A stretch of DNA of 64,000 bases. It comes from Desulfomonilia bacterium. Lineage in GTDB: Bacteria; Desulfobacterota; Desulfomonilia; UBA1062. Below the pieces are notes generated by a model that made no database searches, was not told the DNA's origin, and was given only the letters and a program-made list of their open reading frames with translations. How positions within the stretch are numbered: the first letter of the stretch is position 1; each line of letters begins with the position of its first letter. Below, in pieces: positions 9,762 through 19,701 of this stretch. Position numbers and translations under genes: made by a program. Where the stretch lies: positions 224,001 through 288,000 of the forward strand of contig JBEKDT010000002.1 of NCBI GenBank assembly GCA_050014195.1, read 5' to 3'.

Positions 9762-10595
9762 ATGGGATCAACAAAGCGCATGGTAAAGGTTTCCTTCACC
9801 AAGATGGCAGGGACGGGGAATGACTTCATCATGGTGAACAATGTCAAGAAACTCTACAATCTTGACTGGCAGGCCTTTGCGGTCCGCTTCTGCCCCTTGA
9901 AGACCGGCATCGGTGCGGACGGTGTGATAGTACTGGATGAAGATACGGACACGAATTTTGCCTTCCGGATCTTCAATGCCGACGGCAGCGAAGCGGAAAT
10001 GTGCGGCAACGGGGCCCGGTGCGCAGCCCTTTTTGCCGTTCAGCAGGGCGTTGCAAAGAACTCCATGCGGTTCAAGACCCTGGCAGGCATCATTGGCGCC
10101 AGGATCGACAAAGAAGATGTCGCCATCCGGATGACCGATCCTGAAGGTCTGAAAACCGGTATCAGCATCGATGTTGAAGATGAACAGACAAGTGTACACT
10201 TCATCAACACCGGTGTCCCTCATACCATACTTTTCATTGATCATATCGAGGATGCGAGAGTGTTTGAGCTGGGGCGAGCCATCCGTTTTCACAACAGGTT
10301 CGCGCCTGCAGGGACCAATGCGAACTTCGTGCAGGTCCTTTCTCAGGACCGCATCCACGTGCGTACCTACGAGCGGGGGGTTGAGGCAGAGACCTATGCC
10401 TGCGGAACAGGCGCAGTGGCCTCGGCAATAATAGCTGAGCACCTGGGTAAAGTTATAGGCGCGCCTGTTCATGTACACACGAAGGGCGGCGACTTGAAGA
10501 TCGACTTTACCAGAGATGGCAGCCGATACTCCGGAGTCTGGCTCATAGGGCCGGTGGATACGGTTTTCACCGGCGAGATCATGGTAAGGCCATGA
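9762..10595 (+). CDS. dapF: Diaminopimelate epimerase
   Basis: GTGNDF, NADGSEAEMCGNG, TGVPH and TYERGVEAETYACGTG motifs; start uncertain (9762 or 9780). Confidence 0.97.
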   Translation: MGSTKRMVKVSFTKMAGTGNDFIMVNNVKKLYNLDWQAFAVRFCPLKTGIGADGVIVLDEDTDTNFAFRIFNADGSEAEMCGNGARCAALFAVQQGVAKNSMRFKTLAGIIGARIDKEDVAIRMTDPEGLKTGISIDVEDEQTSVHFINTGVPHTILFIDHIEDARVFELGRAIRFHNRFAPAGTNANFVQVLSQDRIHVRTYERGVEAETYACGTGAVASAIIAEHLGKVIGAPVHVHTKGGDLKIDFTRDGSRYSGVWLIGPVDTVFTGEIMVRP

Positions 10596-10613
10596 TGAAA
10601 AGAGTAATGATCA

Positions 10614-12152
10614 ATGCGTGAGCTTGTAGCAGTCCTTGACTTCGGTTCCCAATACGCCCAGCTTATCTCCCGTCGCATCAGGGAGTGCGGTGTGTATTGC
10701 GAGATCCTCCCCCACGATATATCGTGCGCCGATCTGAGCGCCCTTGCGCCCAAGGCGATTGTCCTTTCCGGAGGACCGGCCTCTGTACTCGAAGAAGGCC
10801 ATCCCGGGATTGATTCGGGGATCTTTAAACTTGGCATCCCTGTGCTCGGAATTTGCTATGGGCTGCAACTTCTCTCTGATGCACTCGGCGGAAAACTTGA
10901 ACGTGGGGTAGCCCGCGAATATGGCCCTGCCTCCATCGAGATAGACAGTCCCGGCCGACTCTTTGACGGACTTCACCATCAGCTCGATGTCTGGATGAGC
11001 CATGGCGACCATGTATCAACCCCGCCCAAGGGCTTTTCCATCCTGGCACACACACGCTCGTGCGCAGTGGCTGCCATGGGGGACGACACGCGAAAGATCT
11101 ACGGTGTCCAGTTCCACCCGGAAGTGGTTCACACGCCCAAGGGCATCGACATCCTGAAAAACTTTCTCTTTGGAATAGCCGGATGCTCCGGCGGCTGGAC
11201 CATGAGAGGCTTTATCGAGGAATCCATAAAGAACATCAAAGCCCAGGTGGGTAATGCCCGGGTCATATGCGGCATGTCGGGAGGGGTGGACTCTGCAGTC
11301 GTGGCTGCCCTTATCAACAAGGCCATCGGCTCTCAGATGACGGCCATCTTCGTTGACAACGGGGTGCTTCGTGGAGGCGAGGCTGCTGAGATCCGTAAGA
11401 CCTTCACCGAGATATACCCGCTGAATCTCGATATCGTGGATGCCGGCGATAGATTCCTTGATGCCCTCAAAGAGGTGACCGAGCCTGAAGAAAAACGCAA
11501 GATCATCGGCGGGACCTTTATCGATGTATTCTATGACGAGGCAGAGCGCATCGGCGGGGCTGACTATCTTGCCCAAGGGACGCTGTATCCGGATGTCATC
11601 GAGAGCAGGTCCGCCAAGGGCGGCCCTTCAGTCACGATCAAAAGCCACCACAATGTGGGCGGCCTGCCTGATGACCTCAAGTTCACACTCATCGAGCCGT
11701 TGAAGGAGCTTTTCAAGGACGAAGTGCGGGTACTCGGCAAAGAACTGGGGCTCCCTGATACCATCCTCAAGCGGCAGCCCTTCCCTGGACCGGGCCTTGC
11801 CGTGCGTATTCTGGGTGAAGTAACCAGGGACAATGTGAAAATCCTCCAGGAGGCCGATCGGCGGGTACAAGAGGAAATGATCCGCTATGATGCATACAAA
11901 GATGTGTGGCAGTCATTCGCCGTGCTCCTGCCTGTAAAGAGTGTGGGAGTAATGGGGGACGAGCGGACGTACGCCAATGTGATAGCCATCAGGGCGGTCC
12001 ACAGCATGGACGGCATGACAGCGGACTGGGTCAAGCTGCCCTACGACCTGCTGGCGCGGATCTCCACCCGCATCATCAACGAGGTCAAGGGGGTGAACCG
12101 CGTGGTCTATGATATCAGTTCCAAACCGCCCAGCACCATCGAATGGGAGTGA
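10614..12152 (+). CDS. guaA: GMP synthase (glutamine-hydrolysing)
   Basis: LDFGSQY, GICYG, QFHPE, SGGVDS, KSHHNVGG and KPPSTIEWE motifs. Confidence 0.99.
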   Translation: MRELVAVLDFGSQYAQLISRRIRECGVYCEILPHDISCADLSALAPKAIVLSGGPASVLEEGHPGIDSGIFKLGIPVLGICYGLQLLSDALGGKLERGVAREYGPASIEIDSPGRLFDGLHHQLDVWMSHGDHVSTPPKGFSILAHTRSCAVAAMGDDTRKIYGVQFHPEVVHTPKGIDILKNFLFGIAGCSGGWTMRGFIEESIKNIKAQVGNARVICGMSGGVDSAVVAALINKAIGSQMTAIFVDNGVLRGGEAAEIRKTFTEIYPLNLDIVDAGDRFLDALKEVTEPEEKRKIIGGTFIDVFYDEAERIGGADYLAQGTLYPDVIESRSAKGGPSVTIKSHHNVGGLPDDLKFTLIEPLKELFKDEVRVLGKELGLPDTILKRQPFPGPGLAVRILGEVTRDNVKILQEADRRVQEEMIRYDAYKDVWQSFAVLLPVKSVGVMGDERTYANVIAIRAVHSMDGMTADWVKLPYDLLARISTRIINEVKGVNRVVYDISSKPPSTIEWE

Positions 12153-12155
12153 GTC

Positions 12156-13412
12156 CTATTTAAACGACGGTATCATATCAATGGCTTTAGCGGTGAGATC
12201 ATGTACAATGCCGTTCAGCCACGCGGTACCACTCTTCCGTGTCGTCTCGGGAAGGCCCTTGATGGTAGCGATGTAGTCGGAGGTCCCCTCAGGCATGTCC
12301 TTATAGAGCGCTGCAAGGAATGCGTCCCTCACCTGATCACTGCCGGAGAACGACCGGTATGACTGGATCATGTCCGCTATCATGCTCCAGTTTCTGAACA
12401 GCTCCTCCTGTTGATTTATCATGGCCGGTGGTTGTGCCCATGCACCGGCCGGGCCCTTGTGCATTATCAGGGATTCAGGGATCATATGGATGAAGGCCTC
12501 GAGTCTGGCCGTCCTCTCATCGATGGCCAGATCCAGCTTCTCTATGGCCCCTTCCAGCAGGGCGATATGAAAGTGCCCTGAGCCTGCAAACAGGGATCTG
12601 ACATGAGAATACCATGCCTTTAAAGCAATGATGTTGGCGATGTAGGTTATGTTGTTCCGGACCTTGTCCTTTATTTTCATCAAGAGTCCCGGAACAAATT
12701 TCTTACGCGCTGCCGCAAACTGTATGCCCGTGATGAGCTTGTGGCCTTCATGAAAATCGCCACGAAAGATGACGCCTGCAGCGATCACGGTACCATACCC
12801 GATGACGGCCGGCCCCACAAGGCCGCCCTGGCCGCCGAGAAATATGGGCCGCTGGTCCAGCATGACACCGCGGGGAACATCACCTATAAGCGATGCAGTG
12901 GCCTTGTCCTGATTGGGGGTGAAATTGAAATGGATGTACGAGCTGCCGACCTCGCTGTGGTCTTTCCTGCTTGTGCCTCCGGCCATGAAGCAGTCGCAGA
13001 AATTGATGAGGCTCCCCAGCGTGACGAAAGGGAACAATATGGTGTGTTTGATGCCAACCGCATGCGCACAGCTCGCCTCTTCTTCGAGTATGCATGCATC
13101 CCGGACATGCGCGCCGGATGCTACGTTCGATCCACGGAGAAATACGGAATTTCTGAAATAACCGCCTTTGAGCTCCACAAAGGGACCGATCTGACAGTCT
13201 TCAACAGTGACCGGACCTTCCTGGCCGAGCCTGACTCCTTCCATGATCAGGGTCTTCTTTCCGCGGATCCTGCAACCCGGGTTGATGATGATGTCCTTGC
13301 CTGAGATCCTGCCCGGATCCACTTCATCTCCGATGTAAACACTCTTAGGGTCCGGAATGGTAACACCCTTTTCGATGAGCGCCTTCACTTTGGGGCTTGG
13401 GGTTTCTTCCAT
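12156..13412 (-). CDS. GlmU-like left-handed beta-helix acetyltransferase (no nucleotidyltransferase domain)
   Basis: GVTIPDP start resembles the GlmU linker/LbH; hexapeptide repeats; directly downstream of glmM. Confidence 0.7.
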   Translation of the reverse strand: MEETPSPKVKALIEKGVTIPDPKSVYIGDEVDPGRISGKDIIINPGCRIRGKKTLIMEGVRLGQEGPVTVEDCQIGPFVELKGGYFRNSVFLRGSNVASGAHVRDACILEEEASCAHAVGIKHTILFPFVTLGSLINFCDCFMAGGTSRKDHSEVGSSYIHFNFTPNQDKATASLIGDVPRGVMLDQRPIFLGGQGGLVGPAVIGYGTVIAAGVIFRGDFHEGHKLITGIQFAAARKKFVPGLLMKIKDKVRNNITYIANIIALKAWYSHVRSLFAGSGHFHIALLEGAIEKLDLAIDERTARLEAFIHMIPESLIMHKGPAGAWAQPPAMINQQEELFRNWSMIADMIQSYRSFSGSDQVRDAFLAALYKDMPEGTSDYIATIKGLPETTRKSGTAWLNGIVHDLTAKAIDMIPSFK

Positions 13413-13415
13413 AAC

Positions 13416-14783
13416 TCAATCCCTTAAACCTATTTTCTCGGCAATCACCTTGGCTATCATCTGAGCGTATCTGTCCGTCTCGTGCTCGGTGGGGCCCTCC
13501 ACCATGACACGGCACATCTGCTGGGTACCGGAATATCGCACAAGCACCCTGCCCTTATCACCCAGCACGTCTTCCACCTCCTTGATGACGGACACGATCT
13601 CGGGGATGGTCTCCAGATCCGGCTTGCGCTTGACGTCGATATTGATGAGCTTCTGGGGGAAGACCTTCATGACCTTTGCCAGTTCGGAAAGCGGTCTGCC
13701 TTGAGTTTTCATGGCGCTGAGCACCTGAAGTGCCGAGATGATGCCGTCACCCGAGGTATGATGATCCAGGAAGATGATGTGGCCTGACTGCTCTCCACCG
13801 ATGACGGCCCTATGCTCAAGCATCTCCTCCAACACGTATCGGTCTCCAACCTTGGTCTCCATCATGTCGATACCCAAGTCCTTCAAAGCCACCTTCATCC
13901 CCAGGTTACTCATGACGGTCGCCACCAGGAGATTGTTCCTGAGCGCCCCCTGCTTCTTCATGGCATTTGCACAAAGGACAAGGATATGGTCGCCGGTGAG
14001 CACATCCCCCTTCTCGTCTACGGCAATGACCCGATCTCCGTCTCCGTCAAAGGCAAACCCCACGTCCGCTCCATTCTTGACGACCTCATATGCGAGCGAA
14101 TCGGGATGTTGTGAACCGCAGCCCCGGTTGATGTTCTTGCCGTCCGGTTCGTGGTAAAGCGGAATCACTTTCGCACCGAGTTCGAAGAATACCTCAGGGG
14201 CTATCCGATAGGTGGCACCATTGGCACAATCCAGCACGATCTTCATGCCCTCGAGCGAATATTCATCAGGGAATGAGCGCTTGAGGTAGACGATATACCT
14301 CCCCCTTGCATCATCGATGCGGTAGGCCTTGCCGATGGTTTCAGGCTCCGCGTGGAAGGTGGAGATGTCTTCAGCAAGGATGATCTTCTCGATCTCGGCT
14401 TCACGTGAATCAGGGAGCTTGAAGCCGTCCTTTGAGAAGATCTTGATGCCGTTGTCCTCGTATGGGTTATGGGAGGCCGAGATCACAATACCTGCATCCG
14501 CCCTCATGCTCACGGTCAGAAAGGCCACACCAGGTGTGGTCATGGGCCCCACCTGAAGGGCGTCCGCACCCATGGAGCAGATACCCGAAACAAGCGCGCT
14601 CTCAAGCATGTATCCCGAAACCCTGGTATCCTTCCCGATGAGGATCCTCGGTGTGTGCCCCTCTTTCCTGGAAAGGTATGCTATGGCACGGCCCACCTTG
14701 AGTGCCGTCTCGGAGGTCATGGGGTGGACGTTTGCTACGCCTCTGATGCCATCGGTACCGAATAGATTGCCCATTATTGTCAC
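13416..14783 (-). CDS. glmM: Phosphoglucosamine mutase
   Basis: FGTDGIRG, SASHNP, DGDGDR, GGEQSGH and RYSGT motifs. Confidence 0.97.
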   Translation of the reverse strand: MTIMGNLFGTDGIRGVANVHPMTSETALKVGRAIAYLSRKEGHTPRILIGKDTRVSGYMLESALVSGICSMGADALQVGPMTTPGVAFLTVSMRADAGIVISASHNPYEDNGIKIFSKDGFKLPDSREAEIEKIILAEDISTFHAEPETIGKAYRIDDARGRYIVYLKRSFPDEYSLEGMKIVLDCANGATYRIAPEVFFELGAKVIPLYHEPDGKNINRGCGSQHPDSLAYEVVKNGADVGFAFDGDGDRVIAVDEKGDVLTGDHILVLCANAMKKQGALRNNLLVATVMSNLGMKVALKDLGIDMMETKVGDRYVLEEMLEHRAVIGGEQSGHIIFLDHHTSGDGIISALQVLSAMKTQGRPLSELAKVMKVFPQKLINIDVKRKPDLETIPEIVSVIKEVEDVLGDKGRVLVRYSGTQQMCRVMVEGPTEHETDRYAQMIAKVIAEKIGLRD

Positions 14784-14812
14784 TCCCTTGTTGCTCAGAC
14801 CACTTTAAGATA

Positions 14813-17800
14813 TTATTCACCCAAAAACTCAGAGAGTTTTGAGGCCTCATATCCGGATGATTCTATGCGTTTCATAAGATCAACGGCCGTATCATATGCC
14901 GTATGCAGTGCTTCCATTATAGCCTTTTCACTGAGCTTCCTGTCTGCCAGGCGTTCCAACAACGAGCACACTAGCAGAGAGGAAACCAGCATTTCCATGG
15001 ACTCCTTGTTGAACCACCACTTCTCGTTAAATTGATTGAAGCCCAGGAAGTCACGTACCCGTGTATCCGGGAGCATGTCATTAAGAGCGGAGGCGAACTG
15101 CTGCGGTCTCATTGTGGAGAGCAGTCCTTGATACTGTGTGAGGATTTGTATCAACACTATCTCATAGCGGGCCCTGCCCTGGTCCGACCCCAGGCCGGCA
15201 ATCGCATTCTCCATGGCACGACCCAGCATCCACTCCTCAATCAGGGCACATGACCTTCTTCCTCGATCTTCATCACCCGCAAGAACCCCTATGCGGGATA
15301 CTACCGAGAAGAGCACCAATATCCTCCATCCGAAGAGGTCATCAGCCACCTGATCCGGTATAACAGTGAGAACGGATTGCGACTTCACATCATTCTTCCA
15401 GGCCTTTTTATGCCTTAAACCATCGAGCTTGAAGATCACCTCCATCAGCGAGCATGCCTCGTCGGCAACAGCAGCCTCCCTGTTTGCCCAGCCCGAAAAT
15501 TCCCGGGCACTCTTGAAGAAGGTCGTAAGGCGTTCCCGGTATGCGGCAGGAACCTTGCCGGTGCGTCTTCCTTCGGCAACGAGCATTTTCAGCGTATCAA
15601 GGGCGATCAACTCACCAAAGGGCTTAAGCACCTTATCGAGATAAATCTCCTTTAAGGCAGTCATTATATCGGGCATGCCCCTGCCCATTAGCTTTTCATC
15701 CAATTCTCGGCACCTTCCATCGTGGTCGTAGACCTCCCGGAAGGAGGTAAACACATGGCATTTGAAGGCCCCAAGGTGAATCATCAGTCCGTCCCGCCAG
15801 AGGCTTCGGCTGTTACGGATGTATTCAAGGCCGGACTTGTCGTCATGAAAGATATAATACAGCGAATCTTCGTTCTTCAGGCCCAGGCCTTCACCGAGGC
15901 TCATATGGATGATGTGCCTCCTGCCGTGATTCTCCATGTTCATACCTACCGAACGGCTGATGGTACCGGTGGCCTCAGCATAGCGATTGTTGTAGATTAC
16001 CAGCGATCTCTCATCTCCATACCTGTTGGAGTAGGCGAATATGTCCTCATTCACATGTCCCTCCGGCGTGCGCACATCATACAGGACGAAGCTCTCCACG
16101 CCGCTGAAGAGGCGGCGTTTCTTCAAGAGGGGGAAGATCTCCCGTTCGTGGCGCATCACCAGGTGGTGGTCGATGGACTCGTCCCAGTAGGCCCTGCGAT
16201 ATTCCATGCCGTATTTTTCCGAGAACCCTTCAATCTGCCCATGGCCGAACATGGGCAGCCCCGGCATGGTGGCCATGAGGGTTGCCACGCCGAAATACTT
16301 GTCATCCTTGCCGAATCCGTGCACGGCAGGCTCTTCGTCCGGGTTGTTCATGAAATTCACGAAACGCCTCAAGATCTCCGGATTGAAACGCAGCACGTTC
16401 TTCATAACATCGCGGTACTTGCTGTTTTCCTCTGTCTTGAGCATATTCATGAAGGCACTGTTGTAAACGCGGTGCATGCCCAGACTCCTGACAAAGTAGC
16501 CTTCCATGAGCCAGAATGCTTCAGCCAGGAGCAGCGTATTGGGAACTTCCTCGGCCACCCGGTCTACGAGCTCTCTCCAGAATTCAACCGGAAAGAGCCG
16601 TTCGAACTCATCAGGGGTCACACCATGGCCTGAACGCGATGGTATGTCTCCGCCAAAGCCGGGAGGCGGATACCAGAGACGCTGGAAGTGCCTCTTGGCG
16701 AGCGTCATGGCGGCATCGAACCGGATGATGGGGAACTTCCTGGCAATGGCAATGGTCTGGTCAATAACCGCCCGGCGTACCTCGTGTTTTAAGAAGTCGA
16801 GCTGGGCAGTGTCGTTCCAGGGCATGCTCGTACCGTCGTTGCCGTGGTAGATGTACCGGTTGTTTCCGGTGTAGCGGTCATGCCGCCTGAAGACGACTGC
16901 GGCATCCCTGCGGTCCCAGTAGCCGTCCTCGATCTGAACCTCAACGCGGTCTTCACCGGACAGGTTGGCCCCGGTAAACCTATAGCCCGGGAAGGGGCTG
17001 TGGTCGAGCTGGATGAACCAGTCCGGGTGCTCGATGACCCACTTGGAATAGATACCCATATGGTTCGGCACCATGTCGGTTGCCATCCTGATACCATGAC
17101 GCATTGCACGTAATTTGAGGTTCTCGAAGGCCTCATCGCCTCCAAGCTCGTGGGCTATCGTGTAATCATAAATGGAGTATGCCGATGCAGCTGCCTCAGG
17201 GTTGCCGGTCATCTGTTTGATGGTGCGCGACGCCGGGCTCCGCTCCCAGATTCCGATGAGCCATAATCCGGTAAACCCCCAGCGGGCGAGGATCTCCAGT
17301 TCTTCGTCCGGGATCTGGTCGAGCCGCCAGATGTGCCTTTGATATTTGGCGGAGAGCTGGTGCAGCCACACGTATACGCTCTTGGCTATGAGCACGAGGC
17401 TTGCCATCCAGTCGAGGTCCGCGCTGAACCGCTCGAGATCCTCCAGGTCCTTCAGGGTGAAGAAGGGAACAGGCGCGGTCCCGGGGCCGAGGAACCTGGC
17501 CTTGGTCTCTTCCTTGATGAGGTCGAGGCCGCTTAGGAGCTTGATATAGAGCTCTGCGAGGAGATACCCCCAGTTTACCCTGATGAATTCAAGCTGGTCA
17601 TAGAGCGAATGGGGCGCGGCCCTCAATGGGGCAAGCAGGAGGTCGAGCAGTGTCTGCCCCAAGGGGCCCAACGGCGGCTGTGTTTTGAAAAACTCATCCA
17701 GGCAGGATATGATCTGGATATACGGGGTCTCCTCTCTGAGTTGTTTGTCGTCAAAGAGTTCTTTGTAGGGTGTCAAAGCGGGATTCTCATTGGAGATGAA

Positions 17801-18244
17801 GAGCATGAGCATCTCTTCCATGGCGACGAACTTATTGGAAACCCCGTTCGTATCGGACTGGAGATACTCCTTGACCGAAAGCTTACCCAAATACACATCC
17901 CTCGGTGGGAACTGATCGAGAAACTGCTCAAGCGTGCTGTCAATAGAAGGAAGCCTTATGGCGGCATAGCCGTAAGCATCCTTCATGATGTTCGGGTTCA
18001 CCTGCCTGCGGTAGACCTCGATCATGAAGTGCAGCACCTCGTCGATCAGTCCCATGGCATTGATGTCCGAGGCCCTGACCGAAAGCTCCGGTTTTGCTGC
18101 AACGCCGCGCACCCGGTTCATCTTGTCGGCGAATTCCCTGGCTGCATGCGGGGATGCAAAGATCACATTGCCGGAGAAAGAAAACAGTGTTTTGTCGAAC
18201 TGATAGAGTTCCCGTGCTTTTTTGGAGATATGGAATTCAAACAT
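14813..18244 (-). CDS. Large GH13 alpha-amylase-family glycoside hydrolase
   Basis: DMVPNH, RFDAAM (nucleophile), LAEAFW (acid/base) and NNPDEE conserved regions. Confidence 0.88.
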   Translation of the reverse strand: MFEFHISKKARELYQFDKTLFSFSGNVIFASPHAAREFADKMNRVRGVAAKPELSVRASDINAMGLIDEVLHFMIEVYRRQVNPNIMKDAYGYAAIRLPSIDSTLEQFLDQFPPRDVYLGKLSVKEYLQSDTNGVSNKFVAMEEMLMLFISNENPALTPYKELFDDKQLREETPYIQIISCLDEFFKTQPPLGPLGQTLLDLLLAPLRAAPHSLYDQLEFIRVNWGYLLAELYIKLLSGLDLIKEETKARFLGPGTAPVPFFTLKDLEDLERFSADLDWMASLVLIAKSVYVWLHQLSAKYQRHIWRLDQIPDEELEILARWGFTGLWLIGIWERSPASRTIKQMTGNPEAAASAYSIYDYTIAHELGGDEAFENLKLRAMRHGIRMATDMVPNHMGIYSKWVIEHPDWFIQLDHSPFPGYRFTGANLSGEDRVEVQIEDGYWDRRDAAVVFRRHDRYTGNNRYIYHGNDGTSMPWNDTAQLDFLKHEVRRAVIDQTIAIARKFPIIRFDAAMTLAKRHFQRLWYPPPGFGGDIPSRSGHGVTPDEFERLFPVEFWRELVDRVAEEVPNTLLLAEAFWLMEGYFVRSLGMHRVYNSAFMNMLKTEENSKYRDVMKNVLRFNPEILRRFVNFMNNPDEEPAVHGFGKDDKYFGVATLMATMPGLPMFGHGQIEGFSEKYGMEYRRAYWDESIDHHLVMRHEREIFPLLKKRRLFSGVESFVLYDVRTPEGHVNEDIFAYSNRYGDERSLVIYNNRYAEATGTISRSVGMNMENHGRRHIIHMSLGEGLGLKNEDSLYYIFHDDKSGLEYIRNSRSLWRDGLMIHLGAFKCHVFTSFREVYDHDGRCRELDEKLMGRGMPDIMTALKEIYLDKVLKPFGELIALDTLKMLVAEGRRTGKVPAAYRERLTTFFKSAREFSGWANREAAVADEACSLMEVIFKLDGLRHKKAWKNDVKSQSVLTVIPDQVADDLFGWRILVLFSVVSRIGVLAGDEDRGRRSCALIEEWMLGRAMENAIAGLGSDQGRARYEIVLIQILTQYQGLLSTMRPQQFASALNDMLPDTRVRDFLGFNQFNEKWWFNKESMEMLVSSLLVCSLLERLADRKLSEKAIMEALHTAYDTAVDLMKRIESSGYEASKLSEFLGE

Positions 18245-18506
18245 AGATTTTAGTTTCTCACATTACATCCATCACAATGGAAGCTGCCTGCAGGTGTCAT
18301 CCACAACGCCAATCCAAATACCCTTACAATGGGTTGTAGCAAAATCTATGGGAAGGCCGCTCACCAGTCAAGACAAAAGCGCAGATCATAGGAAAAGATG
18401 GCGGTAAGCGATGGATGGTGAGTTGTGAGTATATTTTATCCGGCCTATGATCTTGTATAGATTACCCCAATAAATTGTCCCTCGTTCAATCGATTGATCA
18501 TAGATC

Positions 18507-18788
18507 TCACAAGGTAAGAATTTCGTCGATGGTGAGATCTTCCACACAGAGCGGGTCGATCCCCTTTAACCTGGCCGACAGCTCCTTGGCTGAGATTTCT
18601 GAAAGAGGCATGATGACCCTGTAGTTGTGCTTATCAAGCCAGATGAGAAACTGCCATGCGTAACATTCCCTGCAGTGGACTTTCTTTTTCTTCAGGTAGG
18701 CCTCCCCCTCCAGCGTTTCCAGCACCTTGTGGCGGGGGCATGAGATGTCGATGCAGAAGGTACCGGATTTGTATTTCTTAGTTGTCAT
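18507..18788 (-). CDS. Hypothetical Cys-rich small protein
   Basis: GAGG SD; CIDISC...CREC suggests metal binding. Confidence 0.65.
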   Translation of the reverse strand: MTTKKYKSGTFCIDISCPRHKVLETLEGEAYLKKKKVHCRECYAWQFLIWLDKHNYRVIMPLSEISAKELSARLKGIDPLCVEDLTIDEILTL

Positions 18789-18937
18789 GATTTTCCTCGT
18801 GTATGGGTTTCATTGATTTAAATGATATCACTTCTGAGAGGACTTGGCAACTTTTTCCCTTGTTTCTTATAATTTCTTCTGTATTTCCGTTAGGTTTGAA
18901 AGAAGTTTAAAAACTTAATGCTCCGGACAATAAGTGG

Positions 18938-18982
18938 TTGACAAACGAGCATCTAATATTTATTATTAGTAAATATTTACTA
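18938..18982 (+). promoter_or_regulatory. Sigma70 promoter with adjacent palindromic operator
   Basis: TTGACA (18938-43)-N17-TATTAT (18961-66), then perfect palindrome TAGTAAATATTTACTA (18967-82). Confidence 0.65.
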
Positions 18983-19000
18983 TATTGAATATTTGATATT

Positions 19001-19543
19001 ATGAATATTGGATCGATACTACGGCAGAAGAGAAAAGAGCGAAAGCTCATCTTAAAGACTGTGGCGGAAAAGGCCGGCATATCAGAGGGCTTTTTAAGCC
19101 AGGTGGAGAATGAGGTTAATTCACCATCGGTATATACACTCGTTAAGATCTGCAATGCCATAGGCATTGAGGCGGGCGATGTACTCAACCAGGCCAAGCA
19201 GATGGAAAGGTTGATAGTAATCCGCAAATCAGAGTGGAAAGATGTTGAGCTGCCACACACAGGATTTATTACCCAAAGATTTTTCCCCCCTGAGAACAGG
19301 AATGTCATCGACAGCGCCGTATTGGTTTTGGAACCGGGGAAGAGCATCCCTGCAAGGAAAAATATCAAGAACGGCCAGGAGGTGCTCTGCGTGCTGAGGG
19401 GCATGGTAGAACTTGTGCATAGCGACCGGACCGTAACACTCTCCGAGGGCGATTCCATACATTACTATTCCACCCCTGAGAAGGAGATGATCACAAACAA
19501 AAGCAAAGGTCTCTCCGTGGTCTTTTGGGTTGGAACAATATGA
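19001..19543 (+). CDS. XRE-family HTH regulator with cupin sensor
   Basis: LKTVAEKAGISEGFLSQVEN HTH; C-terminal GQEVLCVLRG...LSEGDSIHY cupin. Confidence 0.92.
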   Translation: MNIGSILRQKRKERKLILKTVAEKAGISEGFLSQVENEVNSPSVYTLVKICNAIGIEAGDVLNQAKQMERLIVIRKSEWKDVELPHTGFITQRFFPPENRNVIDSAVLVLEPGKSIPARKNIKNGQEVLCVLRGMVELVHSDRTVTLSEGDSIHYYSTPEKEMITNKSKGLSVVFWVGTI

Positions 19544-19701
19544 TATAGCTTTATTTTTTATGCACCATTTTTTTGCTTGAGCGTTTTTTTGAATCGGATG
19601 GTTTCTTATCTGAAGAAACCTCCATTGATGGGATTGGTTTCATTAAAGGCAACGAAAGCTGTGGGGATATACCTATAATTTCATGAGACAGGGGGATTCG
19701 T

